Shown here: positions 40,468-50,022 of the stretch, piece by piece | Position numbering within the stretch: the stretch's first letter is position 1 | How the letters are laid out: every line of letters starts with the position of its first letter | Assembly: GCA_965197465.1 (NCBI GenBank) | Contig: OZ240209.1 | Coordinates: 5,078,477-5,142,476 of the forward strand | Direction of reading: 5' to 3' | Length of the DNA: 64,000 nt | Origin: Candidatus Poribacteria bacterium | Lineage (GTDB): Bacteria; Poribacteria; WGA-4E; JAJDTR01 | Notes under the pieces: generated by a model | Databases searched by the model: none | What the model was told of the DNA's origin: nothing | Seen by the model: the letters and a program-made list of their open reading frames with translations, nothing else | Translations under genes and position numbers: made by a program

Positions 40468-41565
40468 TCATCGTCGTTTAATGGCACCCCACGTGATGGC
40501 GGCTTTGCCGTAGGGTTGCACGGTCGGGATTGAAGCGCGATAGATGGCTCCGGGGTCGTCGGTTGCGGCGTAAAGATAGGATTGATGGGATCCGAGTGCG
40601 GTAACATGAAACTCCTCCAGACCGGCGGGAAACCACTTTTCGGATCGCTCATCAAACATGTAAACTCCGAATTCGTAGAGTCCGGTAAAGAGACGCCCGC
40701 GATTAACAGCCAGGCTTGTTATGCCTTTCGGCGGGAGTCCTTGGCTGAGATCCTCCCATGTGAGTTCGGTTTCGTTCCATCGCCCAATGCCTTCGTGCCC
40801 GACGACATATAATCGATCGTCAAGCACCGCCCAGTCGACGATTGTGCCGAAGTCGGCAATGCTGCCGCCGTCTGCCCAGTAGGGAAGACCTTCCCACATT
40901 TCGCCGTTGTCAGGGGAACGGAATGCCTGGCTACTCGAATAGGCCACCCAAAGATAGCCGTCGAACTCGGTCATCGACCGGACGCGGTGGGCTATGTAGA
41001 CGGGCGGGAATCCGCGCGGGCCGTCTCTTCCGGGCCGTATCCATTCGTCTGCGACGTTGTGCCATGTCTCGCCGTGGTTGTTGGATATATACGTGCCGCC
41101 GGTGTACCCCACTGCGATGACCGTGCCGGAGCTGGTGACGAGTATATCCGAAAAGATTGGGTATCCACTCTCTCCGTTGTCGCGCTCCCACATGCGGATG
41201 CCGTTGTTTTTGGGATTCCATGTTTCCCCGGGACTGTCGGAGCGAAATACGCCACGGAGAAACGTGGCTGCATACACAACATCCCTACTGATTGCAATTG
41301 CACTAACACCGTGTTGCGGCTCGGTTGAACGCCAGGTGTCACCGTTATCAAGGGAGATGTAGACCCCCTCCCACGTCGCGGCGTAGAGGCGTCGTCCATC
41401 GGTTTCAATCGCGTTCACGCCCCAGCCCTCCGTGCCGGGGAGTGGAATCCACTCCACCCGGATTTCGGCATGGGCGTTTGGCGCGCAAGACCTGATGGCG
41501 ATCGCCAGCAGAGCAGAGGCAATGAGAAGGCTTAACAGGGTGACGATAAAGGTTAGGAATTTCAT
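40468..41565 (-). CDS. Secreted BNR/Asp-box beta-propeller protein
   Basis: Signal peptide MKFLTFIVTLLSLLIASALLAIA. Asp-boxes. C-terminus ..QPYGKAAITWGAIKRR. Start overlaps the stop of the upstream paralog (ATGA). Confidence 0.65.
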   Translation of the reverse strand: MKFLTFIVTLLSLLIASALLAIAIRSCAPNAHAEIRVEWIPLPGTEGWGVNAIETDGRRLYAATWEGVYISLDNGDTWRSTEPQHGVSAIAISRDVVYAATFLRGVFRSDSPGETWNPKNNGIRMWERDNGESGYPIFSDILVTSSGTVIAVGYTGGTYISNNHGETWHNVADEWIRPGRDGPRGFPPVYIAHRVRSMTEFDGYLWVAYSSSQAFRSPDNGEMWEGLPYWADGGSIADFGTIVDWAVLDDRLYVVGHEGIGRWNETELTWEDLSQGLPPKGITSLAVNRGRLFTGLYEFGVYMFDERSEKWFPAGLEEFHVTALGSHQSYLYAATDDPGAIYRASIPTVQPYGKAAITWGAIKRR

Positions 41566-42608
41566 TTTTGTTTAACGGCGCCCCAGGTGGTGGCGGCTTT
41601 GCCGTAGGGTTGGATGATCGGGATTGAAGCGTGGTAGATGCCTAGGGGTTCGGTGCTGTTGCGGATTTTCTCAGAGGCTGCCGCGTACAGGTCGGATTGA
41701 TGGGATACGAGCGCGGCAATTCCGAACTCCTGCAGGCCTGCGGGAATCCATGTTTCGGAGCGGTCATCAAACATGTAAACACCGTAGTAGCGTAGTCCGG
41801 CGAAGAGACGGCCGCGATTCACTGCCAGGCTTGTAAAATGCGGCTCGTCGGTCCCGGTTTCAAGACTTTCGCTAAAATACTCCCAGGCTCGTTCGGCTTC
41901 GTTCCATCGCCCGAAACTGTACTCTCCGGCGGCGTATAATCGATCATTAAACACCTCCCAGTCGGTTATCCGGCCGTGGTTAAAGTGCCTAGTCCATTTC
42001 CAGGTTTGGCCCTTGTCAGCGGAACGTAACATGCCTCCGGTTGAGGTGGCGGCCCAAAGATAACCGTCGAACTCGGTCATGGACCAGATATTACCGCCTA
42101 GGCGACCAGATTCAACGACCCAGTCGTCGTATATGTCGTGCCACGACTCACCTCGGTTGGTGGATATATAGGTGCCGGCGTGGTACTTGCCAGCGATGAC
42201 TGTGCCGGACCGCGTGACGAGTATTTGCTCTATGGGGGAATACTGGGGCGGTCTGCCAGCGAAGGTGAATAAGGCGAATCCGGCGTTTTTGGGTTTCCAT
42301 GTGTTGCCGTGACTGTCGGAGCGAAATAAGCCGTGTTTAAATGTGCCTGCATAGACAGCATTCGTACTGATAGCAATTGCAGTAATTTCGTGGTCCGGGA
42401 GGGTTAAGCGCCAGGTATAACCGTGATCTCGGGACATGTAGAGCCCATCCCTCCTCCCGAGGTAGAGGCGGTTCTCGTCGGTTTCAAGCGTGGTCACATA
42501 ATTGATATCCTCGCCCTCAACGAGTTGCTCCCACTCGGCGTGAATCCGGGCATGGGCGTGGCTGCATCCGAGGAGGGCGATGAGTAATAGGACGAGGGTT
42601 CGTGTCAT
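41562..42608 (-). CDS. Secreted BNR/Asp-box beta-propeller protein
   Basis: Start at MTRTLVLLLIALLGCSHA (start codon at 42606-42608). C-terminus ..QPYGKAATTWGAVKQK. Confidence 0.65.
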   Translation of the reverse strand: MTRTLVLLLIALLGCSHAHARIHAEWEQLVEGEDINYVTTLETDENRLYLGRRDGLYMSRDHGYTWRLTLPDHEITAIAISTNAVYAGTFKHGLFRSDSHGNTWKPKNAGFALFTFAGRPPQYSPIEQILVTRSGTVIAGKYHAGTYISTNRGESWHDIYDDWVVESGRLGGNIWSMTEFDGYLWAATSTGGMLRSADKGQTWKWTRHFNHGRITDWEVFNDRLYAAGEYSFGRWNEAERAWEYFSESLETGTDEPHFTSLAVNRGRLFAGLRYYGVYMFDDRSETWIPAGLQEFGIAALVSHQSDLYAAASEKIRNSTEPLGIYHASIPIIQPYGKAATTWGAVKQK

Positions 42609-42619
42609 GGTGCCTCCTT

Positions 42620-43189
42620 TCAGTCGCACCAGAGGCCTAACCAAATGGTGGACGGGTCGCCAACCTTGTACGGGTTGAACTGATAACCTTCGGGCAACTG
42701 GATGTCCCCCTGATGGTACGGCAGGTGTTGGGATCGTTCGTCCATCGACTTTATTTGCAGCTCTAAGTAGGACGGTGAGTAGTCATAGCTCTCGAAAGGA
42801 CATACTTTCGAGAAGACGACGCGCTCGGATTCGAGCTCGCCTTCGGCCATGCGGACGAAACGGTCGTTTACCAAAATGTAGGTTGTGTTCGGTTTGGGGA
42901 TATCCGACGCCAGCCAGAAATAAGCGGAGCGGCGGATGGTGTTATCCGAGCGAGTCCCCCTACCCCCTCCACTGTCCTTTGGAGAAAAGCTAATGGTGGG
43001 CACCGGCGGTTCGGGGGCTGGCATAGGGCGATTATCCGTCTCGCTGCAGCCGAGGCACATGTTCAGCGCCAGGAGCAGGATGATTATGAGGTACTCGATG
43101 GGTACGCGGCTTAACGAGGCTCGTGTTCCGTGTTCCGTGGCCTCGGAAGCGTTGAACGATAAGGTAGCTAAACATGAGAATTGTGGCAT
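42620..43189 (-). CDS. Lipoprotein, unknown function
   Basis: Hydrophobic leader ..IIILLLALNMCLGCSE. The start may be a non-ATG codon upstream of MCLGC. Confidence 0.45.
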   Translation of the reverse strand: MPQFSCLATLSFNASEATEHGTRASLSRVPIEYLIIILLLALNMCLGCSETDNRPMPAPEPPVPTISFSPKDSGGGRGTRSDNTIRRSAYFWLASDIPKPNTTYILVNDRFVRMAEGELESERVVFSKVCPFESYDYSPSYLELQIKSMDERSQHLPYHQGDIQLPEGYQFNPYKVGDPSTIWLGLWCD

Positions 43190-43275
43190 TCGCCAGGAGC
43201 GACAAAAGGTTTGACAGGAATTCGAGAGCGGTTTCTCCCGGCGACGCCAATTCTATCTCCTTTTTTGGACGTCCG

Positions 43276-43330
43276 ATAACACCCATTATCGAACTTTCTG
43301 TTTTATGGCGCCCCAGGCGGTGAGGGCTGC
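43276..43330 (-). pseudogene. Orphan remnant encoding only the conserved C-terminal tag (..AALTAWGAIKQKVR*)
   Basis: The reverse-strand translation reproduces the tail motif, with stop codons immediately upstream. Adjacent 11-bp perfect hairpin ggctgcttaac..gttaagcagcc (43322-43352). Confidence 0.5.
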
Positions 43331-43428
43331 TTAACGGAGGGGTTAAGCAGCCGGACGGGCGGCGGTTGTCTTATCCTTTCTTCCTGCCGCCTATCCATTT
43401 TTATTACAACAATACGTGATAAGTACGA

Positions 43429-43935
43429 TCACTGATTGGGAATGCGTTCCCAATAAAAAATCCAATGAACACCGCTTTTAAATCTACCAAATTCCAATTT
43501 TAGGGTGTTTCCCAGCCACCAAAAATGGTTCCCACCAGTAATGGTGCGGACATCGCTATCGAGATGCAGATAGGTTAAGGCGACGCGATCGGGCTCGTCA
43601 TATTGGGGCCTTGGTTTCAGAACCTGATACAAACCCTTGATACGAATGCGTTCCTGCGGCAGCTGCACATCCATTGCAAATGTACCGGTTCCTAGTGTTA
43701 ACTGCCCGGTGATATGCGGATATTTATAGGTAGTTTCTACCTTGGTATACACGATAGGATCGTCGCGGTTGGGGCCCCCGACATCCATTATGTCATGGCC
43801 GACGGCTTTCGCGAGGATAAATGTGCATTTGAACGTCTGGTTTATCGGTTCGACGAGATCCGATTCGCTGCAGGCACTGAGGGCGAGGCAGATGAGCATA
43901 ATGATACGGTAATCATGCTGAAATTGTGAAAACAT
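43429..43935 (-). CDS. Lipoprotein, unknown function
   Basis: LICLALSACSE lipobox. 168 aa. Preceded by the conserved RBS-bearing sequence ggcggcaggaagaaaggataa. Confidence 0.5.
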   Translation of the reverse strand: MFSQFQHDYRIIMLICLALSACSESDLVEPINQTFKCTFILAKAVGHDIMDVGGPNRDDPIVYTKVETTYKYPHITGQLTLGTGTFAMDVQLPQERIRIKGLYQVLKPRPQYDEPDRVALTYLHLDSDVRTITGGNHFWWLGNTLKLEFGRFKSGVHWIFYWERIPNQ

Positions 43936-43977
43936 GGTGGTTTTATCCTTTCTTCCTGCCGCCCCTCCACTTTATTG

Positions 43978-44370
43978 TTATTCGTCCGGGCACCTATAGC
44001 TGAGTTGCATGTAGCCTGTATCCCAGTGGACTCTGAAAACAGTCGTCCGACCCGGGGCTCGCCGCCCTACCCAGCCGCAAGATGTTCGTATCGTGAGGAC
44101 GCGGTCTTTCAGCACCCATTGAGACACCTTAGGGTATGTATAAGATACGCCTAGGCCTTTAGGTCTTTCGGAAAACGTTATGGTGATCGGTTGCCAGCCT
44201 TCCTCGGTTAAGTCTGCAAGGTTCATTTGCGCTTCGTGGGGACGCCCTTCGTCGAGGATCGGAGGGTCGACGCTAACGATATAGGCGCCGGTAGTCGGCT
44301 CGCCGCGCTCAGGTGTCTCGCTGCAGGCGAGGAGGGTAAAGCATAGGAGTAAGACGAGGGTTCGTGTCAT
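43978..44370 (-). CDS. Small lipoprotein (tandem paralog 1)
   Basis: MTRTLVLLLCFTLLACSETPERGEP... ..ITITFSERP.. shared with 44391 and with 13418. Confidence 0.5.
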   Translation of the reverse strand: MTRTLVLLLCFTLLACSETPERGEPTTGAYIVSVDPPILDEGRPHEAQMNLADLTEEGWQPITITFSERPKGLGVSYTYPKVSQWVLKDRVLTIRTSCGWVGRRAPGRTTVFRVHWDTGYMQLSYRCPDE

Positions 44371-44390
44371 GGTGTAGGGCCTCCTTGTTC

Positions 44391-44774
44391 TTAGTCCGGG
44401 CACTTATAGTTTAGCTTGATGAAGCCTGCATCCCAAGAGACGACATAGGTAAACGTCCGGCCGGGGTACCATCGCGAGTCGCAAAATGTTTTTATAGTAA
44501 GTACGGGGCCTATCAGCACCCATTGCGATGCCAGGCCGTCATTGAGATTTATCCATAGGTCGTCAGGTCTTTCGGAGAAGGTGATGGTGATGGGTTGCCA
44601 GCCGTCCGTTCTTAATTCGCCAATGTTGATCTGATCGTCGTCGGGCTGGCCTTCGTCCAAGATCGGGGGGTCGATGCTAACGATATAGGCGCCGGTGACG
44701 GGTTCGTCCCGCTCGGGGGTTTCGCTGCAGGCGAGGAGGGTGAGGAAGATGAGTAGGAACATGGAGATTCTCAT
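44391..44774 (-). CDS. Small lipoprotein (tandem paralog 2)
   Basis: MRISMFLLIFLTLLACSETPERDEP... About 60% identical to paralog 1. Confidence 0.5.
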   Translation of the reverse strand: MRISMFLLIFLTLLACSETPERDEPVTGAYIVSIDPPILDEGQPDDDQINIGELRTDGWQPITITFSERPDDLWINLNDGLASQWVLIGPVLTIKTFCDSRWYPGRTFTYVVSWDAGFIKLNYKCPD

Positions 44775-44907
44775 GGTACTGTACCTCCGAGTGTAGGTGA
44801 CGGGATACCGGAGCATCCCGTCGGTTGGGAAAGGTAGGTGCACACATTCAGAAAATAAACAGTTAGTCCCTGACATTTTTCATAACACGCACCTCTAATT
44901 CACAGAT

Positions 44908-46002
44908 TCATTGTTTTATGGCGCCCCAAGTGGTGGCGGCTTTGCCGTAGGGTTGCACGGCCGGGATTGAAGCGCGGTAGATGCCTTTGTCATCGACAGC
45001 TGCGTACAGCTCGGATTGATGGGAAATGAGCACACTAACTGAAGAGCCCTGAAGACCTGCGGGAACGAACGTGTCTATGCGGTCATCAAACATGTAAACA
45101 CCTCCCTCAGCTCCGGCGTGATCGTAAAGTCCGGCAAACAAACGGCCGCGATAAACGGTCAGGCTTTTTATACTGGCTGTGGCTCCGATGGATAGGACTG
45201 GAAGCCCTTCGGAGAAATACTCCCAAGCCGGTTGAGTTTCGTTCCATCGGGCAAGGCCGTTTCGCGTACCAGCGTATAATCGACCATTGAGCACCGACCA
45301 GTCGGCTATCTGACCGTACTTTTGTTCGCGAGTATATTCCCACGTTTGGCCATTGTCAGTGGACCGGAATATGGATCTGGAGGTGCTTGAATAGACTGCC
45401 CACAGATAGCCGTCGAACTCGATCATCGACCAGATGCTATCGCCTATTATCCAGTCGGGCGCTACGCGTTGGCGCACTTTCCACTCTAGTGTTACGTCGT
45501 CCCATGTGTCGCATCGGTCGGTTGATGTATGCGTACCGCTGTGGTACCCCACAGCGACGACTGTGCCAGAACTAGTGACCAGTATTTGCTCAATGTATGG
45601 GAGACGGATTTCGCCGTTATCAACATTAATTGTGCGGATTCCGTTGTTTATGGGCTTCCATGTGTCCCCGAGATTGTCGGAGCGAAATACGCCGTGCGAA
45701 TCTCCTCCTGCATACAGAGTATTCTGATCAATTGCAATTGTATTAACGCTGTGATTCAGCTCGGTTGGATTCCAGGTGTAACCGTTATCTCGGGAGATGT
45801 ACAGTCCACTCTCCGCTCTGATTCCCGCCGCGGCGTAGAGGCGGAATCCATCAGTCTCAAGTACGCGCACACGATCCATGGGCTGCCCGTCAGTGAGTTG
45901 AGCCCACTCGGCGCGGATATTCGCATCCGATTCGTTCGCTAACATAGTCATCGTTACTAAGAAAATGAAAGCGGTTCGCATTAAACGTCGAGTCCATATC
46001 AT
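44908..46002 (-). CDS. Secreted BNR/Asp-box beta-propeller protein
   Basis: Start at MIWTRRLMRTAFIFLV. Asp-boxes. C-terminus ..QPYGKAATTWGAIKQ. Confidence 0.65.
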   Translation of the reverse strand: MIWTRRLMRTAFIFLVTMTMLANESDANIRAEWAQLTDGQPMDRVRVLETDGFRLYAAAGIRAESGLYISRDNGYTWNPTELNHSVNTIAIDQNTLYAGGDSHGVFRSDNLGDTWKPINNGIRTINVDNGEIRLPYIEQILVTSSGTVVAVGYHSGTHTSTDRCDTWDDVTLEWKVRQRVAPDWIIGDSIWSMIEFDGYLWAVYSSTSRSIFRSTDNGQTWEYTREQKYGQIADWSVLNGRLYAGTRNGLARWNETQPAWEYFSEGLPVLSIGATASIKSLTVYRGRLFAGLYDHAGAEGGVYMFDDRIDTFVPAGLQGSSVSVLISHQSELYAAVDDKGIYRASIPAVQPYGKAATTWGAIKQ

Positions 46003-46262
46003 TGGATTGCCCCCCTCAGAACTGATGGCTATCGGATTGATTGCGTTAGTAGAGTATGAGCAAGTTATGTGCCACGCCCACAAGCTGCCCCGACTTGGCA
46101 CTACCACACGAATTTCATCGGCATTGTCGTCCGATGTGTTCCGGAGACGCAACGGCGTTCCGTGCTTTCGTATCTAACAAGTGAACACCAATGTTCATTT
46201 TTTGTGCAAGAAGGGCATTGGCAGTTCTCGGGACAGTGCCTGTGTCCTACAATTCTGGTAGA
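46003..46262 (-). promoter_or_regulatory. Conserved leader/promoter element upstream of the BNR array
   Basis: About 85% identical to 11957-12235, including the gtgaacaccaatgttcattttttgtgcaag palindrome with T-run. Confidence 0.6.
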
Positions 46263-46566
46263 GCACCAATGTTGCCCCAACCTACGAGGTGGAAGCCTGC
46301 TCACAGGAGTTATGGAACGAGTCTCATGTTTTGTACGGGGTTGTGGACGGATTAGGTTTGGCTAACAGTGTTGGGTTTCGCTTGAATTGCGGCGTTTTCG
46401 GGCAGAATGAAATATCGGAAGTCTTGTCTCTGTGCGCGATTTCAATTGGATTTCCGCTCAACCCAACCTACGGGCTAGGGCATTCAAAGGCTGGTGCGCA
46501 GTGCCCACCCTACAACTGTACGAAGTCGAGCTTAGCATGACAGTCGATTGGAGTTTTAACGTCAGG

Positions 46567-48003
46567 TTATTGCGCTTCGATTTGCCGAATCATGGCTTTT
46601 GTCTTATCGGCTTCCGGGAAGCGAGGCGAAAGCTCCAAAGCAATCTTGAACGCCTTCAGCGCATTTCGGGTGTCCCGATTGCCGAAATATGCCATGCCGA
46701 GATGGTAGTAAACCGTGGGTGAATCGGGGATAAATTGGAGGGCGAGTGTGAGAGTTTTCAATGCGGCAGTGTAATTGCCTCGCTTGAAATACACCCAGCC
46801 CAGCGTATCGAGAGACATGGGGTGCCCCCCATCCTCGGGTCCAACTTTCGCGGCTTTCCGGGCAAGGTTCAGCGCTTCGTCCAAATTCCTGCCGTTCTCG
46901 GCATAGTAAAACGCCAAGTTGTTCATTGCTCTGATCGATGTTGGGTCGAGCGCCAAAGCCTTCTGCAGATACCCTTCAGCCAGTTCCGGATGTCCTGCTC
47001 GACCATGGGCGATTGCAAGGCTGTTATAAATCTTCAGCAGGTCTTTCTCGTTCTGATGGTCATTGCTGCGGCTGGCAGACAGCGCACGTTCCAAGGCTTC
47101 GGCTGCCGCCTCGTAGCGTTCGATTCCGAGCAAAGAGACACCGTAGAGATACCAGATTAACGGGTTTTTCTCGCCCTCCGAGACTACAACAGCCAGTTCT
47201 TCGACGGCACGTTCAAAATCTTTTGCCATGAAGTACTGCCGTCCGCGCCGCGTGAACCAGAACTTGCTTACACCGGCTTTTTCGATCTCCTTGTATAGCG
47301 GGTCGGGCATCTCATTGTATTTTGTCGGCACCTGCGTCGCTTGAGCGTGCCGATTGGCGGCGTTCTTGTCACCTAATGCCAAGTAGACTTGCGCGAGCGC
47401 GGCGTGCACCTCACTCTGTTTTGGATTCAGCGTCAAGGCACGCTGCAGGTGGTCACGCGCCGTCTCGAACTGTTTGGCGGAGAGCGCAAGCTGTCCCAAT
47501 CTCAATTCGGAAAACGGATTTTGGGGTGCCAGTTCGAGGGCACGCTCGAAATGCCGTTGTGCAATCTCTAACTTGCCTATATTTCTGAGGGCATTGGCAT
47601 AGCGAATATGGGCGGGCGCGTATGTCGAGTCCAAAAGGATTGCTTTCGCGTACACATCAGCCGCGTTCACAGGATCATTGTCTACGGCTCTCCCAAGGTA
47701 GTAAAGCCAGCGAAACGCATCAGGGGCAATCTTTGCCGCGTTTCGGTAACAGCGGGTGGCTTCGGCGCGCCACTCGTGAGCCAGATAGACATTGCCCAGC
47801 CGACCCCAAGCGGCGGCGGATGCGAGGTTTTTCGCGAGGGCGTTCTGGGCGGATTCGACTGCCTGCAGGAGCCGGTCATTGGAGACTTGTGCGAGATCGC
47901 GCGGCTGAGGTATTCCGTCCGGTGCGATTGGCTGGGGGATTGCCGCTTCAATGCCGGTAACGCCAACACAAACAGAGAGTATCACGAAGAAGAGTTGCTT
48001 CAT
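46567..48003 (-). CDS. Secreted tetratricopeptide (TPR) repeat protein
   Basis: Signal peptide. More than 10 TPR-like 34-aa repeats (..AWGRLGNVYL.., ..YYHLGMAYF..). Confidence 0.7.
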   Translation of the reverse strand: MKQLFFVILSVCVGVTGIEAAIPQPIAPDGIPQPRDLAQVSNDRLLQAVESAQNALAKNLASAAAWGRLGNVYLAHEWRAEATRCYRNAAKIAPDAFRWLYYLGRAVDNDPVNAADVYAKAILLDSTYAPAHIRYANALRNIGKLEIAQRHFERALELAPQNPFSELRLGQLALSAKQFETARDHLQRALTLNPKQSEVHAALAQVYLALGDKNAANRHAQATQVPTKYNEMPDPLYKEIEKAGVSKFWFTRRGRQYFMAKDFERAVEELAVVVSEGEKNPLIWYLYGVSLLGIERYEAAAEALERALSASRSNDHQNEKDLLKIYNSLAIAHGRAGHPELAEGYLQKALALDPTSIRAMNNLAFYYAENGRNLDEALNLARKAAKVGPEDGGHPMSLDTLGWVYFKRGNYTAALKTLTLALQFIPDSPTVYYHLGMAYFGNRDTRNALKAFKIALELSPRFPEADKTKAMIRQIEAQ

Positions 48004-49694
48004 AATGCGTCCCCGCTTCCTTTACGGACAGTCAGTTCTCGGTCAACTCCGGGTACCGTGAAACGTTCTCGGCTATTATCTTGCCACTTTACTTCAATTG
48101 ATTTAACTACCTTGGTTGCGCCGAGGCCAAAATGTGCGCGTAGTTCGCTGCTACTGAGATAGCTGTAGCCGGGGAGTATAAGTCTGACATAGTTAGCCTC
48201 CGCCGTCACGACCGTCACTTCTGCGCCGATTGCGTCTCGGTTTCCATCAATGGCTCGCACGCGCAGCCAGCGATTGCTCGGCGGAGGGGCATCATTGCGG
48301 AACACCCGCATCCCACCGAGGTTTCCAACGACCAAATCGATGTCCCCATCCAGATCGGTGTCGCCAAAGGCGAGTCCGCGACTCACTTCAACTTGCTCAG
48401 CGAAAGCGCCCGCGAGCGAACTGATATCGGTGAAATTGCCGCTGCCATCGTTTTGGAACAGCAGGTTCGGCTCGGCGTACAAGTTCCAGAATTCGCCGAG
48501 ATTCGCTCCCGGGAACTTCGATCCGCGCCTGACGCTGCCATTGACAAGGGCGAGGTCAAGGTCTCCGTCGTTATCATAGTCGAAGAATCCGCAGCCGAAA
48601 CCGGTGTAACCTCGATCGATTGCCGCTAAGCCCGAAGTTTCCGATGCGTCAATGAAAATCCCGTACTCCGTGGCGATATAGAGCGTGTTGGTCTCATCTC
48701 TCAGGTGTGTCATGAACAGGTCGAGGCGCCCGTCGCCGTTTACATCACCGGCGGTCACACCCATGCTTGCTTCCGCCTCTCCGTAGGCATTGAACGCAAC
48801 GCCGCGTATAACGGCTTCGTCAGTAAAAGTACCATCCCCTCCGTTGACCCAAAGGTGGTTTGCCTCCTGATCGTTGGCGACATAGATATCTACCCAACCA
48901 TCTCCCGTCAAATCTGCGCAGACTATACCCAATCCATTGCCCGGTAAGGTGATGCCAGCCTCTGCAGTTACGTCGGAAAAGCTACCGTCCCCGTTATTAC
49001 GGTAGAGCGCGTCAAGCACCCCTTCGAAGCTTTGGGGGCCGCAATAAACCGGTCTGTCAGTTCTGCTACGACACTCGATGCCGGAGTCGAATAGAAGATA
49101 GTGTACGATGTAGAGGTCAAGATCGCCGTCGCGGTCGTAGTCGAGGAATGCACCCGACGAACTCCAATGGTCACCGGAAAATCCGGCGGTAGCGGTGGCG
49201 TTGACGAAGGTACCATCTCCGTTGTTCAGGTAAAAAGCGTCACGTCCAAAGTTGGTCACGTAGACATCCAAGTCGCCGTCGTTGTCGGTGTCTCCGACTG
49301 CGGCGCCCTGTCCATAACCCGGGTCATCCAAGCCGGCAGTGGATATCACATCCAGAAACGTCCCGTCGGGCTGCTGTTGGAAAAGCCGATTGGGTGCCGG
49401 CAGGTGAGGCTGACCGGGCGGAGGGAAGCATATCCGGAGAAGGTCGAGATCGCTGTCGCCGTCGTAATCGAACAGGGAAACGCCCCCACCCATAATTTCC
49501 GGCAGGGAATAGGTGCCGTCGGGCAGCAGATTGGGCGTGGCGTTCAAGAGTAAGTCTGAAGTGATTTCGGTGAAGAGTGGTTTGATCCCATCGGTGGTCG
49601 TGGGTGGAGGATTTCCTATTGCAACGTGGATTGTCGCGGAGAGGAAGAGAAGATTGAGAGCCGTCGTTCTGAGGAGGGTTGTGGTTTTGTGCAT
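48000..49694 (-). CDS. CRTAC1-like protein (FG-GAP/VCBS repeats + ASPIC/UnbV C-terminal domain)
   Basis: Repeats DYDGDSDLDLL, GDTDNDGDLDVYV, DYDRDGDLDLYIV. C-terminal ..RWLRVRAIDGNRDAIGAEVTVV.. is ASPIC/UnbV-like. Start at MHKTTTLL (start codon at 49692-49694). ATGA overlap with the TPR gene. Confidence 0.65.
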   Translation of the reverse strand: MHKTTTLLRTTALNLLFLSATIHVAIGNPPPTTTDGIKPLFTEITSDLLLNATPNLLPDGTYSLPEIMGGGVSLFDYDGDSDLDLLRICFPPPGQPHLPAPNRLFQQQPDGTFLDVISTAGLDDPGYGQGAAVGDTDNDGDLDVYVTNFGRDAFYLNNGDGTFVNATATAGFSGDHWSSSGAFLDYDRDGDLDLYIVHYLLFDSGIECRSRTDRPVYCGPQSFEGVLDALYRNNGDGSFSDVTAEAGITLPGNGLGIVCADLTGDGWVDIYVANDQEANHLWVNGGDGTFTDEAVIRGVAFNAYGEAEASMGVTAGDVNGDGRLDLFMTHLRDETNTLYIATEYGIFIDASETSGLAAIDRGYTGFGCGFFDYDNDGDLDLALVNGSVRRGSKFPGANLGEFWNLYAEPNLLFQNDGSGNFTDISSLAGAFAEQVEVSRGLAFGDTDLDGDIDLVVGNLGGMRVFRNDAPPPSNRWLRVRAIDGNRDAIGAEVTVVTAEANYVRLILPGYSYLSSSELRAHFGLGATKVVKSIEVKWQDNSRERFTVPGVDRELTVRKGSGDAL

Positions 49695-50022
49695 CAGTAC
49701 AGGACGTGCAATGAATTGCACTACTACAAACCTGAAATCAGTGACCAATGCCACTTGGGGTACGTGTATAATGATAAGGCGAATGCATGCTGTTCTCAGC
49801 CTCCATAGAATCGGAGGCGATGGCTCTGCATTCGCCCCAGGAATAAATGGACTAAACGGGTACAATAATCGTAAGCAATTATCAAGAATGAGAGCTGAAT
49901 TGTTGGGTTTCGCTGTGCTCAACCCAACCTACGGGGATAGCAGTAGGCCGAGCAAGATGGCGTGCTCTATTCACAATCCGGCGGGGCAAGATGCCCCGCC
50001 TACAGAAAGGCAATAAATGGTA

